A stretch of 64,000 nucleotides of DNA, from positions 8,978,184-9,042,183 of the forward strand of contig OZ316895.1 in NCBI GenBank assembly GCA_973895155.1, given 5' to 3'. Below are positions 37,954 through 52,212 of this stretch, piece after piece. A model generated the notes under the pieces. The model was not told the DNA's origin and did no database searches. It worked only from the letters and a program-made list of their open reading frames with translations. Numbering within the stretch: the stretch's first letter is position 1; every line of letters starts with the position of its first letter. The position numbers and the translations under genes were made by a program. The stretch is from Marsupella aquatica. Its lineage: Eukaryota > Plantae > Marchantiophyta.

Positions 37954-39299
37954 CCCTATCGCTGACTCAGATAAGGCTTTTCTTAGAGTTTCCATCAATT
38001 TTGGCGGCGGGCAAAGAGGAAGCTAGTCCAGCGAATTCAAGAAGATAAGTTGGTTGTCCGAACCGCACACCATGCAAATAGTTTCCGCTTTTGTACCTTT
38101 TTTTCCTCTCCGTTTTGCCCGGAGGCAGATTCTATCTCAATCCGATTGGCTCCCTTGAGGAGTTGAGGCAGTTCTTATTGCATTGCTGGCTTTGCTGGCG
38201 CATTAGAATGTGCACGGAGATAATACCTGCCCGTGTTGCGTTCTAGACTTCCCTCTCCGGGGAGTCAATCGCTTTTCAACGAGCCCATCGCTTTTCAATC
38301 CGTTCAATTCACAATCACTGGGATACTTCATAAGGCGGCCAATGAGCGGTACATCGGCTTCCCCCTCCGACCAGCTTCGATCATATAATGCGAGACTGTG
38401 GGTGGTTCGAAGACATCGTTCTAAAACTGTTCTGCAAGAGGCCAATTCTCGAGTCACAACTGGTCACGTGGTCTCTCTTACAGGTAGTACCTGATGACCG
38501 GAACTTAGGTTACATCATTTCAGGTCACAACCTCGAAACCCACATTCATTCTGGTTAAGCTCTACACAAGCGACGATAGATATGCCAGATTAATTCCAGA
38601 TCCGACCCCCGAATCCACATTGCCGCGTCCGGATCCAGAGGAAGAATCGAACGGTAACAGACGAGTTATAGCGGTTGACGTGTGGGACCCGACATTGTTT
38701 GCTCGTAAATCTGTCGGCGTTGGCGTTCGTTAATTTCATTTCCATGATATTCACGTTCCTGCGTTCGTTGCACGTCGGCAATCTATCTATCAATCTTTCG
38801 CCACCGACCCCTGAAACTGTACATTTTGCTTCGGGGTACAATTGGCCTTGTTTGAAGTTTAGACTTCAAATCGCATTACAGCAATCAACGGAATACCGTG
38901 ATCAACACAACAAAACAGAGGGAAGCAAAAGTGTATTTAATATCTTGGTATATCTATACAAGCATACATCTTAAGTGAAACATTCATTGTTTTAGTTCCA
39001 TTATTCAGCATTGAGCATTGTGGGACATGTGGGCCGGGAGACCGATTTTCGATCGTAATGAGGCAATTTCTTACTTTGCTTGCTAGAAAATCGAAACCAC
39101 TCCTGTAGCAAAGGTTCAGCAAAGGTTCAGTCTCTCGAAGGCGTGCTTGACCCGTCAGGACCTTGCATGGTCGACGAGGCTAGGAACTCACACCGGATCT
39201 TTCGGGAACCATCAATTTTCGGCGAAATAGTGCGCGAATAATATTGAGTGATCGCGCGGGACTACTGTACTGGTATCGACGCCGTTCGGAGTAAGCTGT

Positions 39300-39780
39300 T
39301 AGATCAATATGAGCCATCACCTCAAAGAGGACAAACACCACGGCCTTCACCATGGCCAGTCACCATGGGGAGAAACGATACAGTAAAGACTTTGGTACCT
39401 GCTGATGGAAATCAGCAAGGTCCACAATTAGCGTACCTTGGAGGTCATGAATCTGGGCATGGGCATCATCATCAGTTTCTTCTTACGATGTCATTCAGCC
39501 TCCTTACCCCCAGGAAGTGAGTAAGTCACCTTTATGCTCAAGAGCAGAAACCTAAGAGACACGAGCACTGTATGGCCGAAGCAGTCGCCCTGGGAGCAGG
39601 CGCTTTTGGTATGTACGACCATCACTAAGTAAAGGTCGACCCTGTATACGCGGTACGAGCTCGGAACGAAAGAATCTCTAGCTGGGGCCACTGCGGTTGG
39701 TACAGGCATCTAAGCCTTTCACGAGCACCAGCAGGGAGCTGCAGCTGATGATCACGGGATCCTCACTCCAGGGAGCCGGT
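39300..39780 (+). pseudogene. ASR / ABA-WDS family pseudogene
   Basis: YAQEQKPKRHEHCMAEAVALGAGAFGMYDHH*VKVDP, then after a frameshift KESLAGATAVGTGI*AFHEHQQ. This matches the ABA/WDS pattern (GAxAAGAFALxEKH..KxDP..EEIAAAxAVGxGGFAFHEHH). Stops at 39626 and 39711; Gly/His-rich N-terminal region upstream. Confidence 0.8.
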
Positions 39781-42700
39781 TATCATCCTCGATGAGTCCG
39801 GCCATAGTCTCAAACACATGTTCAAGAACTGAAGAATCACGATGGATTCTTCGACTGGTTCGATAAATGATATCTGACTCCGTTCAAGATGAGAACGAAT
39901 AAACGTGTCTTAGAATTTCTACGAGTCTGAGTTAAAACCAGTCCTTAGAAATTCACCCAGTTACTTTGTGACAACAATGCCTCGCGCAGGAAATTCACGA
40001 ATGCCTGAAGCGGCTTTTTTTTGTTTCTTCATTACATAACGTAGCAGTTGTTACTACAGTTTCATGGGTGGTTCGATTCATGTAAGCAAGTGTCAATTGG
40101 CAATTAGGACATGAATCGTCGGCGTTCGGCAGCAGCAAGCCAGAGTCGGGACGTTGATAGCTTAGATAGGTGATCTAGGGAGCTCTCCTGTAAAGCTGAG
40201 TGTCAAACTTGGTGATCATTCTCGTGTTTTTTGTACAGGACAAGCAGTAAATGCAAGCGATACTTTACGACACAGTGCATCGTCAAACGAATCAAGTCAT
40301 CTCTGAAACCTTAACATTGAACAAGAGCAGATTGTCGGGAATTCGTGTTAAAAAAGCAACAAATTATCTAAATATCAGCCGACTGTTCATGCGTTTGCCA
40401 GGTATAACTGGATCGAGTTCCGTATGAAATGCAATCCCAATGTAACTCAAGTTCAATAGAAAGCAAACTTCACAATATAAAACATTAAACCACAACCAAA
40501 AAAATCCAACTTCGATGGTCGAGTCATTCAGAGTTCCTTCGGTTCTGGCACGAGTCGAACGAAACCCAGGCAATGTCGCAGTAACTACAAATTATAGCTA
40601 CTGTAGCTGGTGCACGCAACTCAAGGCCCGAAAGCCAGGACAGACAGCCGCAGCCAATTGAAACGAATCCAAGAAGAGCGGGAAGAAGAGTCATAAAATA
40701 ATTAAACAGGCTAGCAAGCACGCTAGGAAGAAGAAGCTCGTGAACAGAGCGAGACCCCTCTCAAGCCAGATACACACTCAGCGAAAATCCAGTCAAGGCT
40801 TCTGAGTTCAGAGGTACATTTCAATTATAGTTTGACCAGTAGTTCGATTGTGGACTGGAATCCATTGTGCCCCAACCAATTAAGGCAACGTAGGTGCATT
40901 GCACGCTCTTGTGGACTGCACACAAATTAATCACAGCGTGCGCGGTATCATCAGGTGGTGGATCGAGACTGACTGATGTGATAGCTGCTGACAGACTCAC
41001 TTGCACTATATTATGTTAGGTGTAAGAAATTCGATTCCAGGCAAGACCTGGCTGGCTGGCGATCTCTTGAAAATCAAAGTCAAAACGAATCTCGGTTTCC
41101 ATCTGCTACACGTCGTTGGCTGGCAGGCTATGGCGATTGTTCTCAAAAATATCTGCTGTGGAGGAATGTTCCTGGGCCAGGCCAATTATCTGAGTGAGTA
41201 TCATGATGATGATAGACACGGAAGACTTCGATGGAAGCACATTCGAGATTTGGAACCACTTCGTTTATTCTATTCCTTAGTTCAGTAAGTTGGCCAATTG
41301 AGGTGGTGGGATAAGCATGGCCACCAGTAGATCATGTAAAGCTTGGAATCTATGCGAAAAGTCATCATGACAAAGTATTCCATTCATGAGTGGGGACGTT
41401 TCTACAGAAAACTCTTGTAAGAACTATTATTCAATTAAATAGCCCTGGGTCATTATGGCGATCACTCAAAAAGCACAAATGGATCAGATGGTTTGCAACT
41501 TATATCTTAATTCCCTCTTTATACGTTATGCTATTTATGTAAAGTCTGAGGCTCTGAGCCCATCATGTAACGACCTGCCAGTCTTTTGTTCAAAAGGGGT
41601 AGTGGAACCACTTTGGTAAATGCGTTTCAGAACCAATGAGAGCCTAAAGTTGGCATAGGATAGGAATCTCTAAGGGGGCACCTGGGTCCACCACATAACT
41701 CAGAGTCACCGGGAGAGAGACTAGTAAGCAGTGTTTAAGGTTTTTCCTTATTAGCCAGAGTGGCTAATGTCACGTTTGTGACTCAAGGAGAAGATGTTAG
41801 GAATAGACTTTATCTGAAATTAGCAAATTATTTCCTCACCGTTAGATCTCCCTAGATTTAAGGAGGGCCGTTAGATCCTGACTAATGGGCCCTGTCACTA
41901 AGTAGGTGGGAGACTGGCAAATGGGACATAAAAAAAAATGAATGTTAGCTGAAAGTGGCAAAGACTTTTTTGCAGAGGTGGGATCGCTAAAAAAGCGATT
42001 GTAGTAAGCCCCCAATACTACAGGCCATGTACCCTAGACATAAACATGGGAAAGCCACAATGTATTCCAAGCAGGACGTACAGTGCAAACACAAGGTTGT
42101 CCTGCAGGTTGCTGTTCGAGTATGCATGGGACGTCCCAAAACCAAAATGAGTATATATCCCAACCTGGCCATGAGATACATAGGGGGTCACATATCTATA
42201 GCACCCAGTAGACAGTCACGTAGTTCATACTGATGTTATATGCCAGGTCATATATTCTGAGGAAAGCTCTTTAGAAAATGCTCTGACCTGTATACAAACT
42301 AGAATTCAACAAGACAAGGAACATTGGAAGAGGTTACAAGGTAGATGGAAAGCTATCTGACCGTTGGAATGAAAAAATGAGTAGTAGTAGTAGACTGATG
42401 AGGGGGAAACTAACCGTCCGGAGAATGGTAACTAAGGTGATGGAAGAAATGAAATCTGGAAATGTTCTGCTCTTGAGAAGTTTGGATGAACCAGAAAGTT
42501 TGACCTAAGTAAGATCTAGACACTGACTGGGTTTCTACACTCTCTCCAAGTCTCTTGTCAAATATTGTGATGTATGGGACCTTTGGTTTCTGATGACTAT
42601 AACTATACATGTTACAGGGATAGGGGGAAAATAGTTACTTAGGTCCCCAGTGTTCCAACTAAGTCATTTATTTAAATAGACCAAAACCTGAAGAGACCTA

Positions 42701-43349
42701 TTTGAGCAATGGAAAACTGGCACCAAAATTTATTTCTTGCTTTTATTTGTTTCTCTAGCCATTATCTTTTGCATATTTCTTACCCAATCAAAATGAACTC
42801 ATGAACCCAACAACTAATTATGTCGGTGGTCTGTCTGGTGTGTTAAGTCTAGCTCGGAGCCTTTGGATTCTTTGACCCTAGGTTTGCTGTAAGGGGCAGT
42901 TAACCTTGTCTTCAGGTAAGTGTGGGAAGGGTGTCTAATTGGGTTTGCAAAAGTTGTTTTCAGTGTCATTATGAGATGGTTCTAAAACCTTGACAGTGTA
43001 AACAAGATAATTTTTTCTTTTAATTGTATCTACACAGTTTTGTTTTCACCAAGTAACAAACACAACTATTTGTGTTTGATGCAAGGCAAGGAAAAACAGT
43101 TAGACCTAGTAAGTAATTGTAATTAAAAAAATTAAAATTTTGTAAAACTAATTTTCAAACAACAGACTGTAACAAATTAAAACCAAGTCACTGATTTCAT
43201 ATCTTGTCAGTGTGGGGTCAGTGTATGCTAGTGTTTTACATCAACTTGCTTGTATTCTGCGAGTTTTGAAAAAGCCAACCCAAGAAAACTGTAAGTATTT
43301 AGAACCCCTAGCCAGGGCTCCATACTGTAAAACAATTTCATAGATCTTA

Positions 43350-43720
43350 GTACTTCATGATCTTCAAAAATTCATGATCTCCTAATATATTACTGCCTTG
43401 ACAAAATATATCTGCAAATGGAAACTTAGAGAAACTTAGAAACTCATGATCTCTTCTTAACTGTACTAAAGAAATCTCCCAATATATATCACACTGATTG
43501 AAATGCTAGAAAAATTTGTTAACTCTCTTTTGTACTTGACAAAATCTGCCAATGAAAACCTAGAGCAATTTTGAAAATCATGATCTAGCTCCTTAGCATT
43601 CAACAGAATCTGTCAATACCACGCTCACTGATTGGTCGACAAGCTAGTCAGAGAGATTTATAACCTAAGTGTGATCTCCTTAATACTTGACTAAATCTGT
43701 CAATGGAAGGCTCATTAGAA
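43350..43720. repeat. Degenerate tandem repeats (tcatgatctc..cttgacaaaatctg..aatggaaac)
   Basis: The motif recurs at ~43355, 43372, 43444, 43578 and 43672. Confidence 0.55.
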
Positions 43721-43796
43721 TGTTCTTTCTAAAACATTTGTCAAGTGTTCAAGCACAAAATGGTTGCATTAAAGAATGAGTAGAAAATTCAAAACT

Positions 43797-45551
43797 CTGG
43801 GGCCTCACTCCAAGGGAGGTTCCATATAAATGTATGCAAAATTTTCAAGTAATAAACACCCTAAAACTCATAAAATAAAGTACATTTTTACTATTTTAAC
43901 CCCTAAATTTATGGAATATTCCCACATTTTGTATTAAAAACCCTATGGTTCTTATAATTCTCAAATTTTGATTAAAACACCCATATATTTCTTCAAACAA
44001 AATTTTTAAAGTCTCCACACAATTGAGTTAAAAAACCCCTAACGTTTTCGCGTGCAATGGGTCAGGAGAAAGAAGTGAGGACCCTGGTATTCAAAATAAC
44101 TTTTTGACATAGCTGGCTTCAAGGAAGGACAGAAAAAATTGGATATACCTGAGCTGTTTAACACTGCATGAAATCTAACCCGGAATCTAACAATGTTAGG
44201 CTTGTTGAAAAATTGGGGGTCTCACTATATGGATGCTTCCACATCACTTGCGACGTTTTTAGGCCTCGGGTCCCCTAAAATGTAAGAAAAAAATATTTTT
44301 CAACCCCTATAAAGCTAGAATATTCTTGGAATATTCCAAAATTTTGGTTATAAGGACCCTAATGTTCTTATAAGTCTCAAAATTTGATTTAAAAGACCTT
44401 ATTGTTTTTCTCAAAAAATTCTTAAGTCTTCCCTTTGAACCAATAAAATGACCCTATACTTCGTCGCACGTGATGTGCCATTTTTGTAAAAGTGAAACCC
44501 CCTAGGTTGAAAAGCTCATCCAAAATCTTTTGCAAGATTTCTAGACGTAAGAAATTTCTCAAGATATGAGGGATTTTCTCAAGATATGTGGAAGAAATTC
44601 AAAATCTCTTTGCTAACATATGTTGCTAAACGTTCAATCAAGGAAGTAAAGCAGTTCAACAATTTGTGAGTTGTTCAACACTTAATAGATAAAATTTTAC
44701 AATGTTAGGCTCATTTGAAACTAATTTCTCAAAGGGTTCTAAGAGTTCTAATTAAGCCCCAAATCTTTCATCCTCCGTTTCATCTAGAGATCAAGAACTT
44801 TGAAATTGCTTTTTGTTGCGCCATACCCAGAGTGTCAAGGAACGGCAAGAAACCCAGAGTGTCAAGGAACGGCAAAGAAATTCAGAAACCTGTGATCTCT
44901 TTCATACTTGATGATATTTGACAATGTTAGGCTAGTTGGAAAGCTCTCTCCAATATGTTTCTAAGCATTTTAAGCACAACAGATGTTTCATTGCGGACAA
45001 GGGAGTCATTGGAAATGGGTTAAGGGCCATTCCTTGGGCCCTCACTCTTACTAAAGTAAATGAGAACATAAGAACCATGTGTACAGAACCTATGTAGGGG
45101 GCTTAGTTTGTAGCAGCATTTTTATAGGGGGCCCAGTTTGTAACAAAAGTTTAATAGAGACCTATCATGTAAATTTGTTTTGGCAAGTTAGGGTCCCATC
45201 AAGCATATACCTCACGGTTGGGGTTGTTTTTCCCCGGGGTCCTCACTTCTTTTCTTCCAATCCATCACACACAAATAAGTATAGAATTTTTTTATTGGGT
45301 TTAGTGAAATACTTTTAAATTTGTGTTGAAGAACATTTGGGTTATTTTAATCCAATTTTGAGAATTATAAGAATCATAGGGTTTTTAAAATCAACTTGGG
45401 AATATTCTTGGAATATTCCATTAATTGGAATATTCAATTAAGTTAGAGGTTAAAAAATTCCTAAAAAATCTTATTGACTTAACCTTTAGGGTGTTTATTC
45501 CCCCAAAACTTCGCGCATGATATGAGACACCCCTTGGATTGAGGCCCCCAA
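43797..45551. mobile_element. Foldback / long-TIR non-autonomous DNA element (~300-bp inverted arms)
   Basis: 43797-44087 (tggggcctcactccaaggg..aataaacaccctaaa..aaaccctatggttcttataattctcaaa..gaagtgaggaccc) is the degenerate reverse complement of 45235-45551. A further direct copy lies at ~44212-44500. No TSD confirmed. Confidence 0.7.
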
Positions 45552-48500
45552 GTGTTTTTCAGTTGACCCCTAAAGATAGGTGCAATGAACTAAATATAGG
45601 AAGTTGTAAGACTGGGTATTTAATGTACCCACTAAGCAAATCCCATTGTGTGGGAGATGCTCTTAGTGAGCTTATCCAAATCAGTCTCATCTTCCAGGTT
45701 GTTCCATAATCTCACATGCTCTATCATAATTATGATCATAGGCAGTCAGGACTAGGACTCAATCATGCAACATGGCAGATAAGTTTCATACACCACTTCA
45801 GATATTTTCAGGGACCGCTTTGCCTTTGGGATCTTGTCTCCCGGTTTGGCTCTTTTTGCCCTTTGGCATTGTGATATATAGGGACTTGTCCCTCTTATCA
45901 AACTTATCTGCTCTAGGAAGATGGGAGGACGGTTCCACAAACCAATTATTGGCCCAGATACCAAAGAGCAATTACCAAAAAGTTTAAGAACTAGGCAAGC
46001 TCAAAATTAATTTACATCATACTGCAATGTTTGCACATTCTTTCCAATATAGTTAAGTTGGGGGCCCAAGGGTGAATAGCTCCTGGTCCACTCCCTATAA
46101 TTGTTATAAATCGTTGTCATAAACCACCAAAGGATGCTTTCAATGGGGCAACAAGTACACTTTCATCCGCAAAAGGGGGGGTGAACTATTAGAAATAAGG
46201 ACCCTTTAATTAGGATTGGAGAGTACGATTGGGTAACAAAGGGGGTGAGGTGAGTATCTTGTACTAGTTATTTTTTGTAAAAGCATTAGTACAGTAAGTC
46301 TTCAGATGCCTTTGCCCCCATCATAACAACATACCCATTGTCTTTACAGTCATCCTCTTTTCCAAACCTTATCACTAAGCAACCTTATGTTTTCCATAAT
46401 GAAATCAAAAGGAAAGAGCAAGAAAGGACCAATTTACTGAAAAGGGCTGCACAATGGACTAAAAGCAAAAGAGGTACAGAGGAACCAGTTTACTAAAAAG
46501 GGCCGGGCCTAACAAAGTCCAAGGTCGGACTAAAAGAAAAAAAGGTCCAAAGAGGCAATAAACACATCTCTGTAGTATAATATCTAACACGGCAATCAAT
46601 CCACCCATTCTGAGCAATGTCACAAATTTCCGCCTGGGTGAGATGAAATCCTGGCCGCACTCTTTTGTCACCATCCAATCTTCCAAAGCACTTCCTCCGC
46701 GCCCTCCCTGCATGCCCTCTGTTGCCTCACCATCCGCCCTCAATCAGCATCTGCACCTCAACTCACAATTCATGCCTCACTAGCAGCAAGCACTTCAGAT
46801 CAAAATACAATGCAAGCACACATACAAAACTAAAGTAGATAAATGCATTGAGCTTTAGGCAGGGATGGACCACCCCTGAACCTTGCAACCCAGATGGACC
46901 GGATTTTACCAAGTAAAAATACTGTCAGAGCCCAAAAACGATATTGTTGGCAATCTATCCAGGTTGCGTAAGTCCATCTGGATATTTTGTCAATCTCTTA
47001 GGTCCTTGGGGGCTTCAGCTTCGAAATAGGTGGGTCTTGCTTAATATGAAATTAAACTACGGAAAACCTGTTTATACCATGTTTTATTTGTTGAACTTTT
47101 CAAAACGTGTCCAATTATACCTCCTCTTTCCAAAATTCAACCGAAAGCCAGTCGGAAACTTCCTAAGAATTTGGTGATATATGCTCAGACACCTTCCCCC
47201 CTACCTTCCCCCTTCCTCATCCTTCAACTGACCTTGGTATTATTTGAAACACTTTTTTTGTATTTTAAAATGAGTTTTAGAAACTGTTCTGAATCTCAAC
47301 AACTATTGGCGGGTTTGCTCGTCACCCTTCATTAGATATGGCATTTAATTTCAAAGAGCAATTTCCAGTTGCACTCACAGTTTTTTCAGGTTTCGTTTTG
47401 TAAACTATTTCTCTTTGGTAAACTTTTTGAATCATTCTGTTGATTGTGTCAAAGAACAACCAATACCGTGCCAAAAAAAAGGAACAAAGGAGTTCTTGGA
47501 GAAACTGATGACATCATAACGTTTCAAGTCGTTAGAAACTGGACTTTTTTCTCAGGAAGATTGTCTATTTTTGTTTTTAAGATCTTGAACTTTTTTGAAC
47601 ATGAGTCTCTCTGGGTGACTTTCTCTGTGTTCTAATAAATCTCTTCTGGCGTCAAGGAATCCCGTGCCCCTCTCCCGTCCCACCCAATAGAAATAGTATT
47701 AAAAAATACAAAATCTGCCTTAAAGTATTTCCTTGGCAAGGAAAACCCAAATAATCAAAGAAATAGCAAGCCCCCATTCTCTTTGGCAAAGGGAAGCAAA
47801 ATGAAGTCATTGATAAGCAAAGACGCAACAAGGCCTACTTGGTGTCGATGGCTCGTACCTACTGTACCTCTTTTTTAAATTACTTCCTAGAACTAGCTAC
47901 TCAAAAGCCCACTTGAAAGCACCAAACTGAACTAAGTGGTGATAAGTAAATAGCACTAGTCCCAATACCGGTGCATATGCACAAGAAGGGTTCCCTGGAT
48001 CCAGGCTCCGTCACTACTAACAAGGTTAGTGTAGATCTCAATTTTTCTGTTACCATAGAAATGATGGCCTATGGCTTCACTCTCCAAAGTAGATCATGAT
48101 TGATAGTCTTTAATACCAAAATATAGTACAAATTGCAAGGTTCAACCCGACACTATCATTGTCCAGATAACTAAGGATTTTAGTGTATCTAACATCTGTC
48201 CATCCATAGATGGCTTACTATGACTCAGTACTGTCCCTAAGGTCTAGCCTAAGTCACCCAGCGTGGGTGGCGTTACGGCTTTTAGTCGATCGTACTCTTC
48301 TTTGGTCCCTACGCTTTTTTGCCTTTGCTCCCCTTTTTTGCCCATGGTAGTTTTCTTGGCCCCTAGAGTTTTGTTTCCTTTGTCTCAGCTGGTTTTTGTC
48401 ACGGGTTGCTTTGAATATATTTTGGTACACCGTTGCGTTTCAACTCTAAAAGAAAATTTTTAAATAACTATCATTGTGCACCATGATTGTATGTAAATCC

Positions 48501-50869
48501 AATGTGTACCTACCTACATGTTCCACTCCACAAAGTCAATGCAGAATACACAAAAGATCTTGGTCTAGTGGGAACTGAAGGACTGCACCTCTGTCAAAGC
48601 TAGACTTGGTAGGACACATAGAGTCTAGTGCAAACTTAAGGGGCTGACATCTCCATCAAAGCTAGACTTTGTAGGTCAAGGTTTCATGAAGTTTCATAGT
48701 AGGTGTGCATCATAAAGCAGTATTTTGACCTGTTGCAAGGACATCCCTACCCAATTCTAAGTTTTAAATAATTACCGCTGTTGAAGATGAAAAATGTGGC
48801 CTGATGGATCTTCAATTATTAGGAGGCTTGCTCTTTCCCGATAAACAAATGTCATATGACATGCTCCGGACCCTTTATGCGGTGTCCAATGATTATCCCA
48901 CTAGGACTCCCAAAGTCCCAATATATCAACCGTGAACTACAAAACCTTGCCAATCCCAATGTGATGCTCAACCTGTTTCTAATTGTGTTTTTAGGATAAG
49001 ATGATGGAGCACCATTTGAATTTGAAAGACAGCCTAGGCTAAAACCTGCAGAAATTGATGCTTAACATCTAGATTGTATGGTCACAGTAGTTAGCGAAAT
49101 GTGTTTCACAGAGGTCATGGCCTTGCCATTTTCTCCACTATATTTTGTGCTATATGAATGGGATAGACGAGGTATTCAAAATAATAAGCTTCATGCTAAT
49201 CAAGCCAAAACAACCTTTATCCAGAGTGACAAGGACTTAGGAAGAACAGTACTTGAAACTCATTGGTGCGCCATTCCCCATCCCCAAGCTTTCGTGTAGC
49301 TTTGTACTGTTCAGGTTTGACTCAGTTTTCATAATATTCTGTTTTCTGTTCTAGTTCCATCTCACGGCTGTTCACCCCATTCCATTGGGCTAGGTTTGTG
49401 TGACGACATTAACCCCCATGTGGACAGGCATGTGGGATGCCCTCTTTGACCCTAGGATATTTAATTATTTTGGCATGTAAAAGACTGTTTAGAAGATAAT
49501 CATTACAATGCACAGCAGCGCATAGCCCATGAGGTACACTAAGAGGAAAACTTCAAATACCACTTGACTGAATGAAGCGTACTGTAGAGTGTTGGAACCT
49601 CAAAATCTCAAACCTTTATGTGACGGTGGGGTGCCCAAGAATAATAGGGCAGGTATTCACAAAGTACACACCACAACAGGCTTATTTTATTTATATTTTA
49701 AAGATATAAGGCTATGAGATTTTAGCGTTATATCTTTAAAATAACTGTGCCCAATGAGATTCAAACAACAGCCGCAGGAAAGACCAGTGGGGCAAAGAGT
49801 GTACATTACAAGAGGTGGCCATAACTTGAAAGCATTTCAATAGCTACATATTACTCCTTCATTTCAAAGGCAGTGTAGTAGTTGAAACCAATGTTCACTG
49901 CTCCTTCCCCGAGTCTAACTGCCATGATTGCAGCCTTGGTTTGAAACCCTGAGCATACAAACTTATAACACTTTAGGGGTTAAGCTTGTCCCATCCAAGT
50001 TTCTCCAAAGCCTGAGTTTCAGGATTAATGTTTGGCAGTTCGGTACTGTAGTGGTGGGATATATCCCATCCTCCATAAATTTCTCAGAAATAGTCCACTC
50101 AGTGGGCTTCTTTTTGTTGTGCTTTGGAATCACCGTTAAAGCAGACCCTGACCCATTCCCGACGGGTCTGGGTGTGGTTGCTACTTTACCGCCAATTCCA
50201 GATTGAGGGTTGCCGAGTCTTTATGCTTAGCAAATGTTTTGCGGGTCAAATAATAATTGTTCCCTATGAGGGTTGCCAAGTCTTTATGGTTTGCCAGTCT
50301 TTTGTCAAATTAAATTGCTTTCGAGACAAAATAGACTTTGACAATGTTCCGACGTTTCAACAAGAAATTGAAGGACTCGTCTCTGCTGGCCTCGGATCGC
50401 TTCCTGGAAATTTTGGGCATTGGCGGCGACTGAAACATGGATAAAAAGCGTCGGCCATTCGACGATGAGTGATAAGCGAGTAAAGTAGAGCTGCGCAAGC
50501 AATCAATCTTCACCCTTTCAGAGTCATCATGAAGCACAAAGAGACAGATATAAGGACTCATGATCCGTTCCGTCGAACCGATCGAGTATACAATCGAGTA
50601 AATACCTGTAGAACCCGGCAACAGACAGCGCTGTTCATCTTTTTGGTATGTAGAAAGTGCGCCGACATGCGTGGAGAATTTAATAAAGTGGATCATATGG
50701 AGGCCCACGCCCATGGAAGCTGGGCCTGCAATGTGGGTGAGTGAGTGCGAAAGAAGGAGCTAGCAAAGACGAAGAGAAAGCTGATGACATGGAGAATTTT
50801 CATGCGAGACGATTTCCCAAAGCCCGCCAAATAAACGGGGCTGGAAAAGAAAGAGGGAGGAAGAAACCA

Positions 50870-50870
50870 C

Positions 50871-50924
<54 letters not shown>

Positions 50925-50925
50925 T
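50870..50925. repeat. (GA)n microsatellite upstream of the NAC gene
   Basis: gagagagagagaaagagagagagagagagagagagagagagagagag. Confidence 0.9.
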
Positions 50926-52212
50926 CAAGGACAAGTGAGGAGAAGCTGTGCGTAGCAAGCAAGCGGTGAGTCGGGCGTTTCCTTCTGATTCACTCCTTCT
51001 AGGCCTAAGGCAGCGGACGTCGCGCGCTCAGGACCCCACCATTTCACTTTCGTCCATCACACACCCTCCCAATCCTGCAAGCTAAACTATCTGCATGCCA
51101 CTTTCGTCTAACACACACACTTCCAATCCAACAAGTTAAATTATTTGTGTACACAAGGTGTACAAATTCCACTGTCGTCCCATGCAACCGAACCGGGTGG
51201 TCTTTCTTTCTTTCTTTCTTTCTGTACTGCATTGTGCACTGCAGAAGGGGAGCAGCAGCATTTGCCCGACTCCAGGCTCTGCCTCCGCGTGCTCCACCGC
51301 CTCCACGCCGTGTGGTACATAAAGGGCAGGCCGTCGCCATCCAGGCCACTAGTGTCTTCCCGCTTCTCTCACGGACTCCAGGCTTCTTCATCAAGCCTAC
51401 TAGCTTCGAGCAGTTCACTCTCCGCCCTTGCATGTGCTGTGGGTGGCGAATAGTTTCAACTACCGTACTCTTTTTGTCACCGCACTGCACTGAGGCTTCT
51501 TCTGAGCAACAATCCTGGTAATTTTGCTGCCTGCCTGCCATTCGGAGGTGAATGTCGACTAGTGGGTCTTTTACTTTAATTCTGGATACAGATAGGATAC
51601 TGTCTTCACAGCGTGGGGCTTGACTTCGGTGCCCGCCCAGATCTGCAATTGGAGCCTTGCACACTCAGTGCTCTCTCTCTGTCTCAGCAATAAAAGCCCA
51701 AACTTAGCAGTGTCGGTGAGTGCAGTTTGCAGGTTCCGATATGAGCCCATCCTCGTTGTAATTAGCACTTTTCCTTACTCCATCTAGAAATTCGTGAAGA
51801 AGACGTACAGACGGACGGTTTTTGGAGGATTTCAGTACATATTTTGGAAAGGGTTCGATCTGGAACGTACGTGGCCGGTGAAGAGGACTGGCAGTTCGGA
51901 AAGGTTTCGATCTAGAAAGCCGCGAGCAGTGCAGTTTGTACACTTTTCATCTGATCTTCATTGTTGTCAAATCGTGCATCGGCTGTTTGATCGCCTTCGT
52001 TGAATCAGGACTACGCAGTGGAACTTCAATCCCCTACAGTAGGACCATCGCCCTCACAGCAGGCACGAGAGCGAAATAAGAAGATTTTCTCTAGAACGAC
52101 TTGTAAAGATCTAAGTTGCACGGTCTGTTCGCACAGGCTCTAGCTTTGGTACCAACCGAGCTGTGTTAGAAACCTCGTTTCTAACATAAATAGTGTACAC
52201 TAGCCTGATAAG

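Noticed and set aside
32960-45665. 12.7-kb Harbinger element between TTA-GAGCATCTCC and GGAGATGCTC-TTA
   Set aside because: Only ~10 bp of a common TIR motif match, with no subterminal similarity or transposase; probably ends of two unrelated MITEs.
51044-51664. 206-aa minus ORF and overlapping ORFs upstream of the NAC gene
   Set aside because: They run through microsatellites in a likely 5' UTR and show no protein-like pattern.
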